NCBI RefSeq assembly: GCF_964355755.1
Contig: NC_092672.1
Coordinates: forward strand, 31,874,437 to 31,938,436
Reading direction: 5' to 3'
Length of the DNA stretch: 64,000 nt
DNA from: Antedon mediterranea
Lineage: Eukaryota; Animalia; Echinodermata
Part shown: positions 1-14,120 of the stretch, piece after piece
Position numbering within the stretch: the stretch's first letter is position 1
How the letters are laid out: every line of letters begins with the position of its first letter
The notes under the pieces: model-generated
Seen by the model: only the letters and a program-made list of their open reading frames with translations
Told to the model about the DNA's origin: nothing
Database searches by the model: none
Made by a program: the position numbers and the translations under genes

Positions 1-130
1 CCATATACATGGCTGTAGTCGCGTGCGCAAATTTGAGTTTGACCAAAATTGCTAAACAATTTTACAAAAATGTTGACACATTTTTAAAAATTTGCCTCCA
101 AGTGTTTACCAACCGACCGACCAACCGAAA
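1..130 (-). mobile_element. 3' end of a non-autonomous Helentron-like (HINE) element, same family as the 88-bp array at 38.8-40 kb
   Basis: Reverse complement gives TCGGTTGGTCGGTCGGTTGGTAAACAC...AACTCAAATTTGCGCACGCGACTACAGCCATGTATATGG, matching the 88-bp unit; it runs off the window edge. Confidence 0.6.
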
Positions 131-696
131 TTGCAGACAATGTTAAAAATAGTTGAAAAATGTTTAAAAACATTTATATTTGCCTCCATTATTATATAGG
201 CCTACTTTTCATAAATATGTTTATCACACCGTCATCATCACTATCATATTGCGTCATCATCACTATCATATTGCGTCATCATAACTATCATATTGCGTCC
301 TCATCATCACTTCATAACTACCAGCCCTCGATTCTCAGTTCTGTATCTCCACATGATGATCACATATCACCATCTCGTCATATCATCACCAGTACAGTAT
401 GATCATCATTCAGCCTCATAATTATTATCGGCTTTATCATCATTATCACGCTATCACCGTGATCATCCACTGCCGTTTTATTACTAACTGGCATAACTAA
501 ATTGCTTGGGTCAGCCTATCATGACTATATTTCCTTCCTTGGCCTGACTATGCAAATTTGTATCGACAAATAAGCTACGTTCACGATTTGCATAACACCA
601 GGTGGCAATGGACTGTTCCATTTTGCTAGACGATGGTCACAGCAATCACCTCAACCAAATTAAACATTATTGTCCATTCTTGTTTTCTGTTTTCAG

Positions 697-889
697 ATTG
701 TCAATCTATACTCTTTGGCCAATGCCGTAACAACGTGGATGCCAATCGTTATCCAATGGTGCACATTAATTGGTTACGTCATCAACCCTATATTAATGGG
801 CGTGGTTTGCGACCGATACAGAAAAGGATACATCCGTTGCCTCGGCAACCTTGGCTGCCTCATGGTAGAAAAATCAGAACGTGATCGAT
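697..889 (+). CDS. Class-A GPCR gene A, penultimate coding exon (ECL3, TM7, helix 8); earlier exons lie outside the window
   Basis: Acceptor TTTTCAG at 696, donor GTAAGC at 890. Translation IVNLYSLANAVTTWMPIVIQWCTLIGYVINPILMGVVCDRYRKGY... has an NPxx(Y)-like TM7 and a helix-8 'RYRKG' segment; phase 0 in, phase 1 out. Confidence 0.75.
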
Positions 890-1677
890 GTAAGCTTTTT
901 TTTTTCATTACAGTACTACATTATCTATGGGCGGCCATTAAAGTCAAAATTAAAGTTACAAAAAAAAATGAAAAATAAAGTAATTATTTTTTTTATTCAA
1001 GACCTAATGGGTATAATTACCGCTCATATTAATAGTGATATGATTCAAAGAAAAGCATCTATACGTTATTGATGAATACACGAACTCGTTAATAGCAAAT
1101 TAAATATTAAACTAATATTTTCAGCAACAACATTATTAAGTAAGTTGAATAGATGTCAATAATAATTAATTATATAATAATAACTATATTATATATTATG
1201 TATTATGGATTATTGTATTAATTTAAAGTCTAGACAATATGTAAGCTTTTATATACATAATTATCCCCCATCAACCAAACTAAAGGGCCTTTCACAACTG
1301 CTCCAGTTTCGGAGCCAGAGCCGGACTGGAGCAGGTGCCAAAGACCATAAAAAAAAACCTATTATATGAATACAAGCGAGTTGACCAATGATAAGCCACT
1401 GTCGGAATAATCGCTTGTGATTAGTCAAATCACTTACGCTGCGTTACCTCCTTGCGTTGCGTCGCTAGTGGGAACCAAGCTTTATTGGGAAAAACGTGCT
1501 TGATTGATTCAAGCTGTTGGTATTCCTTACCTTGCTAGTGTTGCATTCGTAGTGTCCACTCATGGAGTAACTCCATGGTCCACTGCTAAACAGTACACTT
1601 GCATCCCATGGTCGTTATTTAGAGCTAAACTTATGAGTTTGTTATAATAATATGCTCTTTGTATTATTGTGTTACAG

Positions 1678-2621
1678 TTGTTCCCAGACAAGAAACATTG
1701 GACTCACTAGATAATGTTCCACCAACAGAAAATAAAATTGAATTTCATACCTCGATATGTGACGTCAGCGACACGTGGGAAGAAGAAGAAGTAAAGACCG
1801 GACTCGTTCTACAGCAATCGCTATCTGGTTTAAACCAGATGAACAGTCTAATCATTCCGAATGATGATGGTTTCGTTGTGGTGGATCAGGAGGAATACGA
1901 AAAAGACGAATCGACGTTTGAAAATGAAGCCTACGAAAATGAAAAAGAGGTTAAAGGTCATACTAGTCATACAAAAAACAATCGGAATTCTCACGATTTA
2001 ACAAGTAGAGCGTCTGGCAACAGGCAAAGTAGAGATAATCACAGACGCCACAAAAGGAAATCCTCAAACGATGAGAAAATACGAAGAGCAAAAGAACGTT
2101 ATCGGAAGAGCAAACAATCAAGTAACCAAAACGATACAGAAGAGAGTAGAATACAGAGTTCTGAAAATGATCCTATTGATCATAACGAGATAGACGTGAC
2201 ACATATGGAAACGTACACATCAATATCCCCTGGTTCACAACAAACGGAAGAACTACAAACAGACATGACTGCTGATGTTGGTTCTAGCAGTCTTTACGAC
2301 ATACCAGAAGAAATACTTCCATCATACAATGGATTAGTAGGGATCATCAAGTCGAACCAATCAAAGCAATCAACCACCACGAAAAGTAAAACAGATATAC
2401 AAACAAAAGAATTAAGACAAATAAAATCTGATACACAACAAATGGACAACAAAAAAGGTATGTTACCTTCAATTGATGGATATCTATCAAGTAGTGAAAA
2501 TGATACATCGGTGAAAATATCAGCTAGAGAAATGAGGGAGAAATTTCGCGAATCTCGTATGGAAGCTAATGTGAATAATTCGAGCAGCTCTACAAATAGT
2601 GACAATGTTATATTTGTTTAA
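1678..2621 (+). CDS. Class-A GPCR gene A, terminal exon (long acidic, Ser/Thr-rich disordered C-tail)
   Basis: Acceptor GTTACAG at 1677; the phase-1 join (T+TT=Phe) enters the frame of the 320-aa ORF 1659-2621. Confidence 0.7.
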
Positions 2622-2797
2622 ATAAATTCTAAATTAAATCTCCATGAACAATAAATCGAAAGTACAGTATAGTGAAGTGTCGTCCGGGATGCATCCGGGA
2701 TAGGCTCACTGAAACAAAACGCCTATGGTTGTGGTCAACTTTCAATTATTATAGCGATGAACGTTAGCTGTTCCGGTGCTCAGTAAATGAGAAATCA

Positions 2798-3300
2798 TGG
2801 AAGCATTGTTGTAGAAACCATGAGGAAAAATTACATGAAAATGAAATAAAGTTTCTTATAAATGATAGAATAATAAAATCTAGCTACCCGAAAAATATCC
2901 ATATAAAACAATCAAGTTTTAAATTTTCTAAATTTTGTGAATTCTTGCCAACTACTTAATCGAGCAAACGTTAGAAAAATTAGAAATTCTGGAAGCAATG
3001 TTTTTGAAACCATGTGGAAAATGACGTGAAAATGAAATAAAATATCTTATAAAGTATGGGATATATTCCTAATAACATCAATTTACAAGATTTCCATACA
3101 AGACAACCATAACTATGTTTATAAGTTTTAATCTTTCACCATTTCGTTCTTGCCAACTTATACGTGTCAACTTCCAATTGCGTCTCAGAATACATTCTGG
3201 AAGCATTGTTGATGAAACTACGAGGAAAACTGAATTACGATTATAAAACTATGACGTTAAAATGAATAAAATATGTCATAAGACAAAATAAAAATATCAT
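2798..3300 (+). repeat. Three degenerate dispersed copies of a TGGAAGCATTGTT...GAAACCATGAGGAAAA...AAATGAAATAAA motif downstream of GPCR A
   Basis: Similar blocks begin near 2798, 2990 and 3198. Confidence 0.45.
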
Positions 3301-3716
3301 CTATTCTACAGCTCTGCAACATTAATATATTTCCCCATGTTTTATGTATCTCCATATCTCTTCAATATCGTGTTTGTTTTTTGTACACGTAACATCATTC
3401 AGTATAGAATGTTAATTTTATCGATGAGGTAATTTGTTAATCATTAACTCAACTTGCTCAACTAGGCCTACATAAACATGCAACCTATTTTATCTTGGAG
3501 TTTTTTTAAACGTATTTCGAAACTCTGTAAATTGTACCCATATCCCCTCCATGATTATCTTATCATTAAACATGTCACCCCGTACCAATTCTTACTTTCG
3601 CCACAGATCAATTGACAAGAACAAGTAACATTTTGAACAAATATATATTCATATACAGTATAATGCCTCCTTTTGGACACCCATATACAGGGAACACCTC
3701 TATTAAGTAGCATATG

Positions 3717-3935
3717 TAAAGCCTGGTTTCCATAAAATCGCTACACGACAGAGCGTAGCGATTCTATGGAAACGCTAGAGTTTATCGGGGATCTAGTATA
3801 CGCGTATACGATTCATCGCCGACAAAATCGGCAAAGTTGAACATGGTTGAACTTTGCCGATTGCGTCGGCGACATCTGCGCGTGTAGCGATTTTAATGGA
3901 AACGCTGTAGCGATTTTAATGGAAACCAGGCTTTA
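3717..3935. mobile_element. MITE (PIF/Harbinger-like), nested in a Tc1/pogo-like MITE relic spanning about 3653-4052
   Basis: TIRs TAAAGCCTGGTTTCCAT(A)AAATCGCTAC / GTAGCGATTTTAATGGAAACCAGGCTTTA; outer relic TACAGTA...GAGGCTCTATTGTA. Confidence 0.7.
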
Positions 3936-6900
3936 TAGAGTGAATGTTCAATTTTCTCTGAAACTATGTACAACCTCTATTCAGGGAACAACTTTATCAG
4001 AGAAGGCACCTTTTATTTGGGGCTCCGGGCGTTTAATAGAGGCTCTATTGTATTATTGAATTCTGTTAGCGTTCTCCTAAGAGAAGCCTGCTAATATAGT
4101 AAATATTCACAATAAAACGTAAATAGATTTATGACAAAGGAATGTTGTTTCATTATGAATGAACAAATCAGAGTTTAGCCTTATGTTGTTGTTTCTAACG
4201 ATACCAAAATAATACACTTATTTATTAATAGACCTAGCAATAAGATGTTGCCTCACCTCGGATATCTATTGGCTAAAGATCAAAATTCATTAAGGATATT
4301 AAAATCAGTATTATTATTTCCAAACAGATCTAGAGCATAGTTGAACTGAACTGAAATTAACTTAAAAGGATGCACTTTAATGAACGTCCACGTTTGTACG
4401 CAATTAAGATTTTTAACGCGTGTTATTTTCCTACCTTTAAAATTCTAAATGTTTGATGATGACTGTCTTTAAAGTTGTACATAATAATAATCATAATTCA
4501 TATTTATTTAATTTTAGATATCATTATAACTGTACAATAAGAGATGTGTATACGGTTAAAATATCCGAGTAAAGAAAATTAAAATGAACACATATATAAC
4601 CTAATTCTTTTAGTTTTTTGTTGACATTTTGCTTTTGTGTTTTTTGCTTCTAATTGCTTGGTCCGCGTGGGGTTGTTATCGGATACGAAATCAATCGCTG
4701 ACGTCGTCGTTGAAAGCTTTGGAAGAGTAGCTGAATACTAATACAAGGAATGACATTCATATCTGTTGATGTAATTTATAACAAATAAATCAGGTCATTA
4801 ATGCACGATGTGACATCGAAGCAACAGATCGTCTGCAAATGCCTCCTATGAACCAAGATGATTAAGAAACACAAATCATTGGCATTCGTCGTAAATATGG
4901 CCGAAAAGGGAACCATGGTACACATAAAACCATTCTTGCTTATTTCAACAGCAACAGTACAATGTGAGTCACATGGCCCGTGGTAGCAGTACACATATAG
5001 TTTGTAACTTGTACACTTTGTAATTCCGTTGTGTTCAAAATGATATCATCAATGTGTTGTTTCTGAACCAAAATATACCTATTCGAAAACAGGACATATT
5101 CAACCAATTCAGATCGACCAGAGACGAGTAAAATTACAGGGAAGACATTTTAATCAAATAATTTAAACGGACTGACCAAATAAGGCACCTGATCTGGCAT
5201 ATTATTAGTTTGCCTAATATTCTGGTTGTATATTAATGATCAAGTTATTCTTGTTATTTTGCTTTTGTTTAAATGTGTGGTGGTTTTTTTTTGTTGTATG
5301 TATAAAGATATGAACATAAAAAATAAATAAATAAAACAAATCATTCTTCTCTACGCATGCGTACGATAATACATACCGTAAGTACAATCACAACTGGAAA
5401 ATACACGTGCGTACAAAAGTTGCATTTATTTTTGTGCGTGCGCGTCTCTTTGTGATGTCACCGACATCGAATGGATTACAGTATACGAAAGCACGTAGCT
5501 TAACAAGATTACACGGTGATTTATCAATTCTTCTTGTTTGCTATTTTTTAGTGATATATTGAAGATGTCGCCTTTGGCAATATCATGTCTATTTAGATTC
5601 TCATCTAACTTTTTAAAAAAAATCGAATACATTGTCATTGATAGATTATTTTAGAGAGTTACTATGTAGCTTGCCATACAATAAAGAACCATTAACCATT
5701 TCTAGAAAAGAAAAAACATAAATAAGTTCGTTAAGGAAAGTACAAAAATAACGGAATCTTACCCAAATTGATTAATCTATGTAGCGTCTTTATACAGAAC
5801 TAAAACAATGATTTTTGATATCCAATGCTAATGGTTGGATTTGCAACTAATGGTTGGATTTGCTGAAGGCAGCCATTTTAGAGGAAGCAATGGATTAGTG
5901 TGCCTGCGCAGGTTTGTAAACATTAAGCAGTACATTGCAAACTTCTGTACCGAAATGCTCAAGTCCTTACTATACGTAAGCTTTACTTTCCCTTTCTCTA
6001 GCCGTCTGAATCTGACAATACATTTATAGTAGCTAAAATGCCTGACTCAAAAGTAGCCCGAGATTGCGTAGTACATTTTAGGGTTCTGATGAAAACGAGG
6101 CTGAAGTTATTAAGTAGCGCAGTCAGATTATAGATCAACCGGATTAGAACAACGCCTTCAACTAATTGTTAAAATGTATTGTACATTGTAGGCACATGAT
6201 GAATGTGCTAATATTTGCTCTTAACACTATATTTATTTAATCACACAATTTTCTGACTTAATTTATTGTTCCAAATTTATACAGTTGATTCATTAATCAT
6301 TTGACACATCTTACAAATCTATTTATCTTATTTTTAATTGCATTATGATTTGTTTTTAGTGTTTAGGTTTCAATAATGCATTATTTTCAAGGACGTAAAT
6401 CAAGACTAATCGATTTCTCTCAATGGTTCAAAAGTTCAATGACCCGAGGATATTCATAGGTCAAATGTCAATTTGCTGGGAGAGTTATAAAATAAGGACA
6501 CCAATTCTATTTGACACAAGGACATATTCAGCGGCTTCCAGTCAAAACACTAGGCCTACTCGGAGAAATTCTAAACTCTGTAAATGTCGAAAGAACAGCA
6601 CTAACAAAAGCGTTGATGATCAATTATGCGCGTCATTGTTAATTATACGCGCGCGTCAATTTTAACAGGATTTAAATGCACGCGTCATTATCAGCATTAG
6701 TACGCGTACGTTGTTATTACCAGGAATTGGACTCGCGAAAAAATTAAGTAGATATATCAATTTACATGTAAAATAATGTATAATCATATAGAAATTGTCA
6801 CCTGATCCAATAATTAGATTGCTTTTACGCCATTATACGTTTTCAAGATTAATCTAAAAACGGAAAATCAGTATAATTAGCCATTATAAGTATTTCTGTC

Positions 6901-8220
6901 AAAATTTGACATTATTTAAACATTGACTAGCGACACCAATAAGCTTTTGTACAGTCTTGTCAATAGAGGGGGTTTCTGTAATGCTTACTCTGTAATCATT
7001 AATCAATCCGAGATGATTCCAACGCGGGCAGCCGGCTGTTTCGTGAAAAAGGTGTTCGTGAACAAGGTGTTTGGTCCCCGGTTTAGTCATTACATACGAT
7101 ACCCTACATGAAATACACTTCGAACATTTTTTTCATTTGGTTTTTTTATATTAACTATCTAACCTGTATATAATTCTTTACATTAAACCACATTTATGAA
7201 TACGTACGACCTAGGCCTAACGTGTACGACATTTCGACAAATCTTCATCTGTCAATGACTAGGTTACGACGAGTAGGGGACACTGCTCTACAACTAGCAA
7301 AGCTACAGTACTCAGCAACCACTAACATAGTCATTGCTAAATACACTCGTTTCATTTTTTCTGGTAAGATAGAATCATACGATTAAATGGTATAGTAACA
7401 TAAACATTTTAAAGACATAGGCCTACATTGGATAATAATATATAGATATTAAGTTTTCTTAAATAACGTCGTTCTTACCTCCAATGGTATAATTCACCAT
7501 CGCCAAATTTTGTAAATTGCTGGAATGCTGTTTTTGCAGTGATTCTGGTACATCGGTTTTATTGTCCAGCCATGAGACTTCTTTGCAGCAACAATGACGC
7601 TCTGAACTGAACAACTGTATAATTTGCTTACAGTGAGGTAAAAATCACGCATGGAATGTCTGTGATCGAGTAAGACGCGCGTTGACGACGACGATCAGGG
7701 AAAAAGTAATATACAGTGATCATACTTTACCTTAGACACAAACGTCATCATTTCTGTGTACAATTTTGTCATTCTCGTGGTCAACTAAAATGTTCATTCT
7801 TATCTATATTCTATCCAGAGGGTCAGCACGTACAAACAGTTCCTCAACAACATCGTTTTAAGTAGAAATGATGAAGGCCAGGTACCAAATTGGAGTAATG
7901 ACGTACACGTCATCTAGGAAATAAGTCTCAGAATGGCCCATTTTCTTGCGCTTTTATGTTTGCCCGTTTTACAATCTACTGCATTCGAAAAATGTCGCAG
8001 AACCAGTCGAGACCACGCGGTCTTAGGGTAAGCGTGTACAGAAAACCCCAAAACCATCGTCCAAGACAGTAATGACGGAAATGTTTGGAAGTTTAGAACA
8101 TTTCAAACTTATGGTATTCTGCATTTTTGGGGAGCCTTTGATTTGCGACTACTTTGGACTGTTGTTAATTGTAGTCTATACTCTGACAAACGTCGTTTGC
8201 AAACTCGAGCAAACTCAAGC

Positions 8221-8374
8221 TTAAAGCTTTGTCTACACTGTACTATCAAACTTTATGTGACAAAAATGTGATGTGGACATGATGATGTCATATCACTACC
8301 ATATTTAAGCATATCACTACCATACATCACATAGTTTTGTCATATAAAGTTTGATAGTGTAGACAGAGCTTTAA
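8221..8374. mobile_element. MITE family B (about 150 bp); further copies or fragments near 8480-8611, 16617-16763, 22365-22413, 26292-26461, 30288-30425, 33925-34071
   Basis: TIRs AAAGCT(C/T)TGTCTACACT...ATCAAACTTT / AAAGTTTGATAGTGTAGACAGAGCTTT with an internal ATATCACTACCATATT repeat; recurs many times in the window. Confidence 0.75.
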
Positions 8375-10315
8375 ATTTGTTAATGAAGTTGTAGACCAAT
8401 TGGCAAACTTGAGCAAACAATAGTTTGGTAAAGCTTACAAGTGTAGACTAGGACCCGAATTGACTAATTAATTCCGTTATGAGAGTGATGATGTGCCTAT
8501 ATATGGTAGTTCTATGCTTAAATATGGTAGTGGTATGACATCATCATGTCCATATATGGGCACATCACATTTTTTTGACACATAAAGTTTGATAGTGTAG
8601 ACAAAGCTTAACATCCACACTCCTTAAAATAAACTAAACTTAGACCTATGCCACGTTAAATTATAAGGAAGTGGGCTACATTATTTAAGCACAACTTACC
8701 AAGTAGACAAGTTATCACAGAAAAAGTCCAAGGATCTAAGTGTCTAAAAGTCTAAACTTCTCTGTCGGCACTTTGCTCGGTATGTACCACCAAATATGGC
8801 ATTCGGAAGCCTTAAAAAATACACCAAACGTAAACAAGTACAGCATACCCCACTCTGGTTGACTCAGATTGAAATAGTGGCTACCAAGGAAGGAGGCCGA
8901 ATGCTACAAATATTATTATGAATTTAAGACCATTCGGATTGGATGGCTACGCTTACAAATACATAGCCTCCTCCGCAAGGATCTGGTTTTAATGTAGTCT
9001 GCTCAACACGGACAACATTTATTAAGTGTAACACAATGCTTTAGTTTTTTAATACTTTGCTGTTTCTTGTTTGTATACATGTTGATTTTGGTCGAAATAA
9101 ATGCGGAATTGAATTTTTTTATTATACATAATTTATCAAGGTGGAAAGTTATTTATTAATAGTGCAAATTTATGATAAATATATCATTATACTTATTCTA
9201 CAAGAAAAATATATTGTGTTAAGAAACACAGTAACGGTGTTAATGTTAAATAACAAATACTACAAATATAAATATTTATAAAAATACACATTGTGTGAAG
9301 CATATAGATACAGACAACATTAAACGTTTACAAAACGATTATCAAAATTAATTTACGATTTATACCAAAGTAGTTTAATTGCACATTCGGCGCCCCATGC
9401 ACCATTCTGTAATAAGTGGCATAGCGGTGGGTTAATTTGGTTAATTAGTTATAATTAACGTTTGTGGTTTGTGGTCTATTTATTATTCACGGCAAGAGTA
9501 TTGATCTATGAGTCGCTGACCAGCAGCTAGTACTTAATCGATCGGGAAAAATATAATTCCGATCAGAATTGACATTCATTTATTTGTCTCTGTTATTTTC
9601 CTTTTGGCTTTCCATAGACTTGTTTACATCATCGTTAGTTTACGGTGACCTGTAAGTGTCACTTACAGTTTGCATACCAATAAGTACTGGTAGCATGGCA
9701 AACATATTGTGTAAATACAATAAGTATGGACGGTCGACCAGCGACCATATCTGTTAAACATAGAAATATTCTTCAAGTTCAAATCTTAAATCATGTAACA
9801 ACAAACTGCAATTGTGTTTACTACTACAAAATATATATAATTATATATAAATAAAGTTTAAATATTATCTTTAATAACTAATAAGCTGCTTTCTAAAATA
9901 CATTTCTACGAACCTTAAGACAAGATTTGTTAACTTCAAATATTCATTCCCTAAATGAATTAAAGAAATGAATGATAGTGTTATGCGCAATTTTAACAAT
10001 TTGAAATTGAGCAAGGACTTAACTTTCTTGCGCAATATAACATACACCAGTCTAAGAACAAATCTCATAACTGGTGGCCTCAAACTCGTAACCAGATTTT
10101 TACAGGGGATCTATTTATCTTATTGCCGTAATTGGTTCTTATCAAAGGCTTCAAATCCCTCCATATAAAATCCTGGCAACGGACTTGCAATGTCGCTTCA
10201 GATCTCTTGAATAAAAACTTTAGGGAAAGGGGGAGAGAGAAGGGGAGAGGAAGATGGAGCTTTGGACTGCATTTCTTTCTAGGTATTTACTTATGTCTCC
10301 TGTGCAGGCCTATTG

Positions 10316-11384
10316 CAGGCCCGTAGCCAGGGGGGGTTTTTATGGTTCGGGCGAACCCCCCTTTATAGCGAACCCCCCTTTATAGCGAACCCCCCTTAAC
10401 CAACTGCGAACCCCCATCCCCGACATGCCCAATACCTCACCCTCATCGCCAAAAATCCTCCAAATACGTGCCCCACAGTACAGAAAGTTGTTTGTAAATT
10501 GAAAAATTCGTAAACTTGTTCGTGAACCTTCTTCTCTGTATGAGCGTCAACTAGTGATACGTGTCTGTAAATTTCTAAAAGCTGCAAATGAGTTGCCGAT
10601 TTTAACCTGAAAAATAAATGTTTGGTCCCTGCATGTAACATGATATTGACGCGTCTCATAGCGAGCTGGCGCACGAACGATTCGTACAAAGGACACCGCC
10701 AGACAACTGCGTACCTATAATTGTTTAGATCACTGGCAGTCAGGCAGCATGCATAAAGTATAGCCTTCCGACGTACATCAGTATTTATGTGTGACTATGA
10801 AGTATAATGTATCATAGAGGATTATAGTGAATATTAATATTTTACACTATAATATCTATGGTATCAAGTACTGTAGTTCACATTATGGCATCCGATTATT
10901 TTTTTCTAGACCACGCCGATACGTACTAAAATGTATCAATATCACCTATTTACATATTTATATTCCTCAACAAATTGCTGTAAATAAATATTATAGATAG
11001 AGCTAGCAAATAGCATTTGCCTTCACCCAGTGTGCTTTTTTCGGGGCTGTAGATATACGTTCGCATTGAACTTGAACGCAAAACAAAATACGAAGTAAAT
11101 GATGAAACAATCGGCGGTTCCGCACAGAGCACGCGCATCTAGCATACGGCAACAAATAGTTATCGTCATTTAAATTATCGACGTGTTTGAGGAGGAGGAA
11201 AAGGTACGATCTTTTTGCTCATTGGTTATATAGCATGCTGCACGAGAGTGTCTTTTCCGGCCATCTAGGGGTGTCATTTAACAAAATTCGCTTCGCATCA
11301 GGCTGGGGGAGGGGGGGGGAGGTGTTGTTGACCCAAATATTTAGTGTCCGAACCCCCCCTTGACAGATCCTGGCTACGGCCCTG
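10316..11384. mobile_element. Non-autonomous DNA transposon with CAGG termini and a 5-bp TSD (hAT/hAT5-like)
   Basis: TIRs CAGGCCCGTAGCCAGG / CCTGGCTACGGCCCTG; TATTG is duplicated at 10311-10315 and 11385-11389; subterminal GCGAACCCCC repeats. Confidence 0.75.
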
Positions 11385-11424
11385 TATTGCATATGTTGAA
11401 AGTGAACTAACTTAATATTGATTT

Positions 11425-11765
11425 TTAAGGAAAAAAGACATTCTCCACTTCTCCATTTTGTGGGCCAGACGTTTTAACGTTTTCATCCTTAAGTTGAATG
11501 ACAACTTCGCTAGTTTGTACAACGCTATTTGATTCTATATAATCTGCGCTAGTTTCTTCGATTCTGGACTTGCGAAGGCTAGACTCCGAGATGACGTCTT
11601 CACTAGCGTTTCCAGAATTAGAAAATGCTGGATTATCAATGGGTACCATGTCTTCTACGGATCGATCTCTTCCAGGGGTATGGTGAGTGCGTCCTCTCTT
11701 GGTAATACCCGGACTTTGGGCTTCCCGAAGATCCATTCGATTTGAGATATGCCTTACTTCACTCT
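11425..11765 (-). CDS. Class-A GPCR gene B, exon 3 (C-terminal tail)
   Basis: Acceptor CAG at 11768-11766; the phase-1 join gives K-SEVRHISNRMDLREAQ..., continuing into ORF 11425-11736. Confidence 0.75.
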
Positions 11766-12094
11766 CTGAAAAAATACAACATTTTTGTTATTATATTAAC
11801 ATACATCCCTCCGCTAAATTGAACAATGTTCCTTTTCCTAAATTAAGTATGGCTTCTTTTTTTTCTGTATGGAGATCCCATACTGCATTTACTTTATTTT
11901 CTTGTATAGGATTATGTTCTATCTGAACTTCTCCATCTAAAAAAATTATCTGTTATCATTTCATTTAATGTAGGCCCACTATTGGAAATACCAGAAAAGG
12001 AGGCGTGGACCGAATAAGCAACAATGTACGTGTGAACCCAACTTTTAAATCAATCATTTATCTAGTGAGAACTAAGCCTAAAATGTTGACTTAC

Positions 12095-12305
12095 TTGTCA
12101 AGCCAAGTGGAAGTTCATTAGAACAGTTCATACCACACATGCGCAGTGGCAAACAGACGATTCTATGAAAGCTCCGTCGGTAATGTAGGCACATAACTGC
12201 ATAGACGACGATATTGAAAGAAGAGTCGATCATAATTAAAGATAGCGATATATGGCTGAACATACTGAGGTGCCTCCCCAGTATCCAGTCAGTAAGAACA
12301 GACGT
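12095..12305 (-). CDS. Class-A GPCR gene B, exon 2 (ECL3, TM7, helix 8)
   Basis: Acceptor CAG at 12308-12306, donor GTAAGT from 12094. Translation TSVLTDWILGRHLSMFSHISLSLIMIDSSFNIVVYAVMCLHYRRSF has an N(I)xxY TM7 motif. Confidence 0.8.
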
Positions 12306-12848
12306 CTGAAATCAGAGAGAAAGTTAAATTAAGAAAAGATTTAATTCTCCATTATCTTTCCTCTTCTCAGCATTCGTCTCATCCTTTCTCTTTGATCACC
12401 TTCTTCAAGTCATTATTATTCGTTGACCCCACAACATGTTCATGCTCATTATCTTCTTACTGTTACTCATCATTTTCTCATTGGTCTTTCCGTCCACGTG
12501 ATTACTTTTAGTTTACAGTTCTCATCCTTCTTTCAACTTTCACCAATATTCTTTGTCTTTCTCTCATCAGTTCTTATTAGCAGTCTTGTGTGGCTTCGTA
12601 TCTCTTCTTATCATTCTTCTTTTTCTTCGTACACTTTCTTTCTTTCCATTCGCATATTCGCAGTCATCACCATTGTTATCACTCTTAGTCACAAACTATT
12701 TCGTCAACACTATAGTCTTCAACACCACCACCACTAAACGCCCCATCATCATAAATGTCACCAACATTCATAACATTTTATCATTTTAACTCTCTCGGCA
12801 GAACCCATTTTATCGATCACCATAAATAGATAACCATAAGCAACTTAC

Positions 12849-13712
12849 CGTCCAAATTAAGCATGGAATGTAATACAGAATAACAATAGCGGCTACTGTC
12901 CTAGACATCCGAATACAGCGTTTAAAACTCACAGAATGGTTTCCGCTTCCACTTTTCTGGTCTGACTTAGGCTTAGTCTTAGGACGACGGAACCAGTTTG
13001 GTTTCTCCTTCTCTACATTGTTTGCATTATACGTTGTTGTTTGATGTTGTCGCGGTTCAAACATCTTCAACGCGTGTACGAACTCACTATACGTATAAAC
13101 AACAACTGGAATTTGTGGATATATCAATGATAATATTAATATTGTATACCAACTTTTCGCTTCAAATAAACAATCATTTCCATCGTACTGCAAATGTATG
13201 AGATCCGTTAAAGAAATAGCCGCCGTTCCAATAGACACAAGCAATACAACAATTAAAATCTTAATCGTATTAACAGTAGTTAAGTAGAGTTTATAAATTA
13301 TTGGTTTTTTAATTGCAAGTAAACGATCAATAGTCATTAACGATACAACGGTGGTAGAGAAAACTATATTTACAGTTACGAGGAATGCGCACATCGTGCA
13401 GGCCCAGGATGGTATCTCATGACCCGTCCAAAAATGGTAGGCTGCCACGGGGAACACAGTAATCGTCATAGCGTAATCAACAACTGATAAAGATAATATT
13501 AAAGCGTCAGGATTGCTTGCAGATTTTAAGTTAAATACAGTAAGTATAATAAAAATATTAGATATGTGTATAAAAACACCGAACATTATCACAATAGTTG
13601 CTAGAATATAGGAACTTTCAAACTCATTGACGTCATCACCTAGAGCCATACTACTATAGTCTGCTGAAATATTCGGCGCCAAAGTAAAATGAATGAATGT
13701 GTCGTCTGCCAT
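12849..13712 (-). CDS. Class-A GPCR gene B, coding exon 1 (TM1-TM6)
   Basis: 300-aa ORF with TM1 'SN', TM2 'LSLSVVD', TM3 Cys, 'MTIDRLLAIKKPIIY' (DRY-like) and TM6 'YYIP'; donor GTAAGT at 12848, phase 0. Confidence 0.88.
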
Positions 13713-14120
13713 GATTACAAATTCACCTGCTGTTTTCTACAATAAGTAAATAGCTTTTGTGCTTACGACCATTAAAAATACATTCTTTAGTTATCGTTCA
13801 GACATCGCTCTAACAAAATTGTAAAGTTGCAGTGTATTTATGTCCGTCATCTTCAGAACATGTCTGTCACGCCATAGAATAGAACGTTATAGCTTTGATT
13901 AAAAAGGCACAGAAATACTCATTTCCCGTAATTTTCTTTTAAGATGACAATTCTATTTCTTTTTAAATTACTTCAATTGTTGATGGATTTGATTTTCCAA
14001 ATCTACTGCCGAAATTTTCTTCATTTCTTCTTCAGGTTTATCATTAGCAGTACTTCTAATAAAATAAAAATATATTAAACAATCAGAATAACATCGTGTT
14101 TAATGCAAACACTGAAACGT

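Noticed and set aside
160-460. His/Ile-rich ORF 160-402
   Set aside because: Low-complexity (ATC/CAT)n intronic sequence of GPCR A.
2294-2605. Antisense ORFs over GPCR and TRIM coding regions (also 48489-48674, 53494-53679, 54426-54698, 61862-62047)
   Set aside because: Shadow frames of real genes with no independent coding signal.
4720-7700. Possible small spliced gene between the GPCRs (donor-like site near 7478, ORF 4776-4994)
   Set aside because: I could not assemble a phase-consistent frame or recognise any domain.
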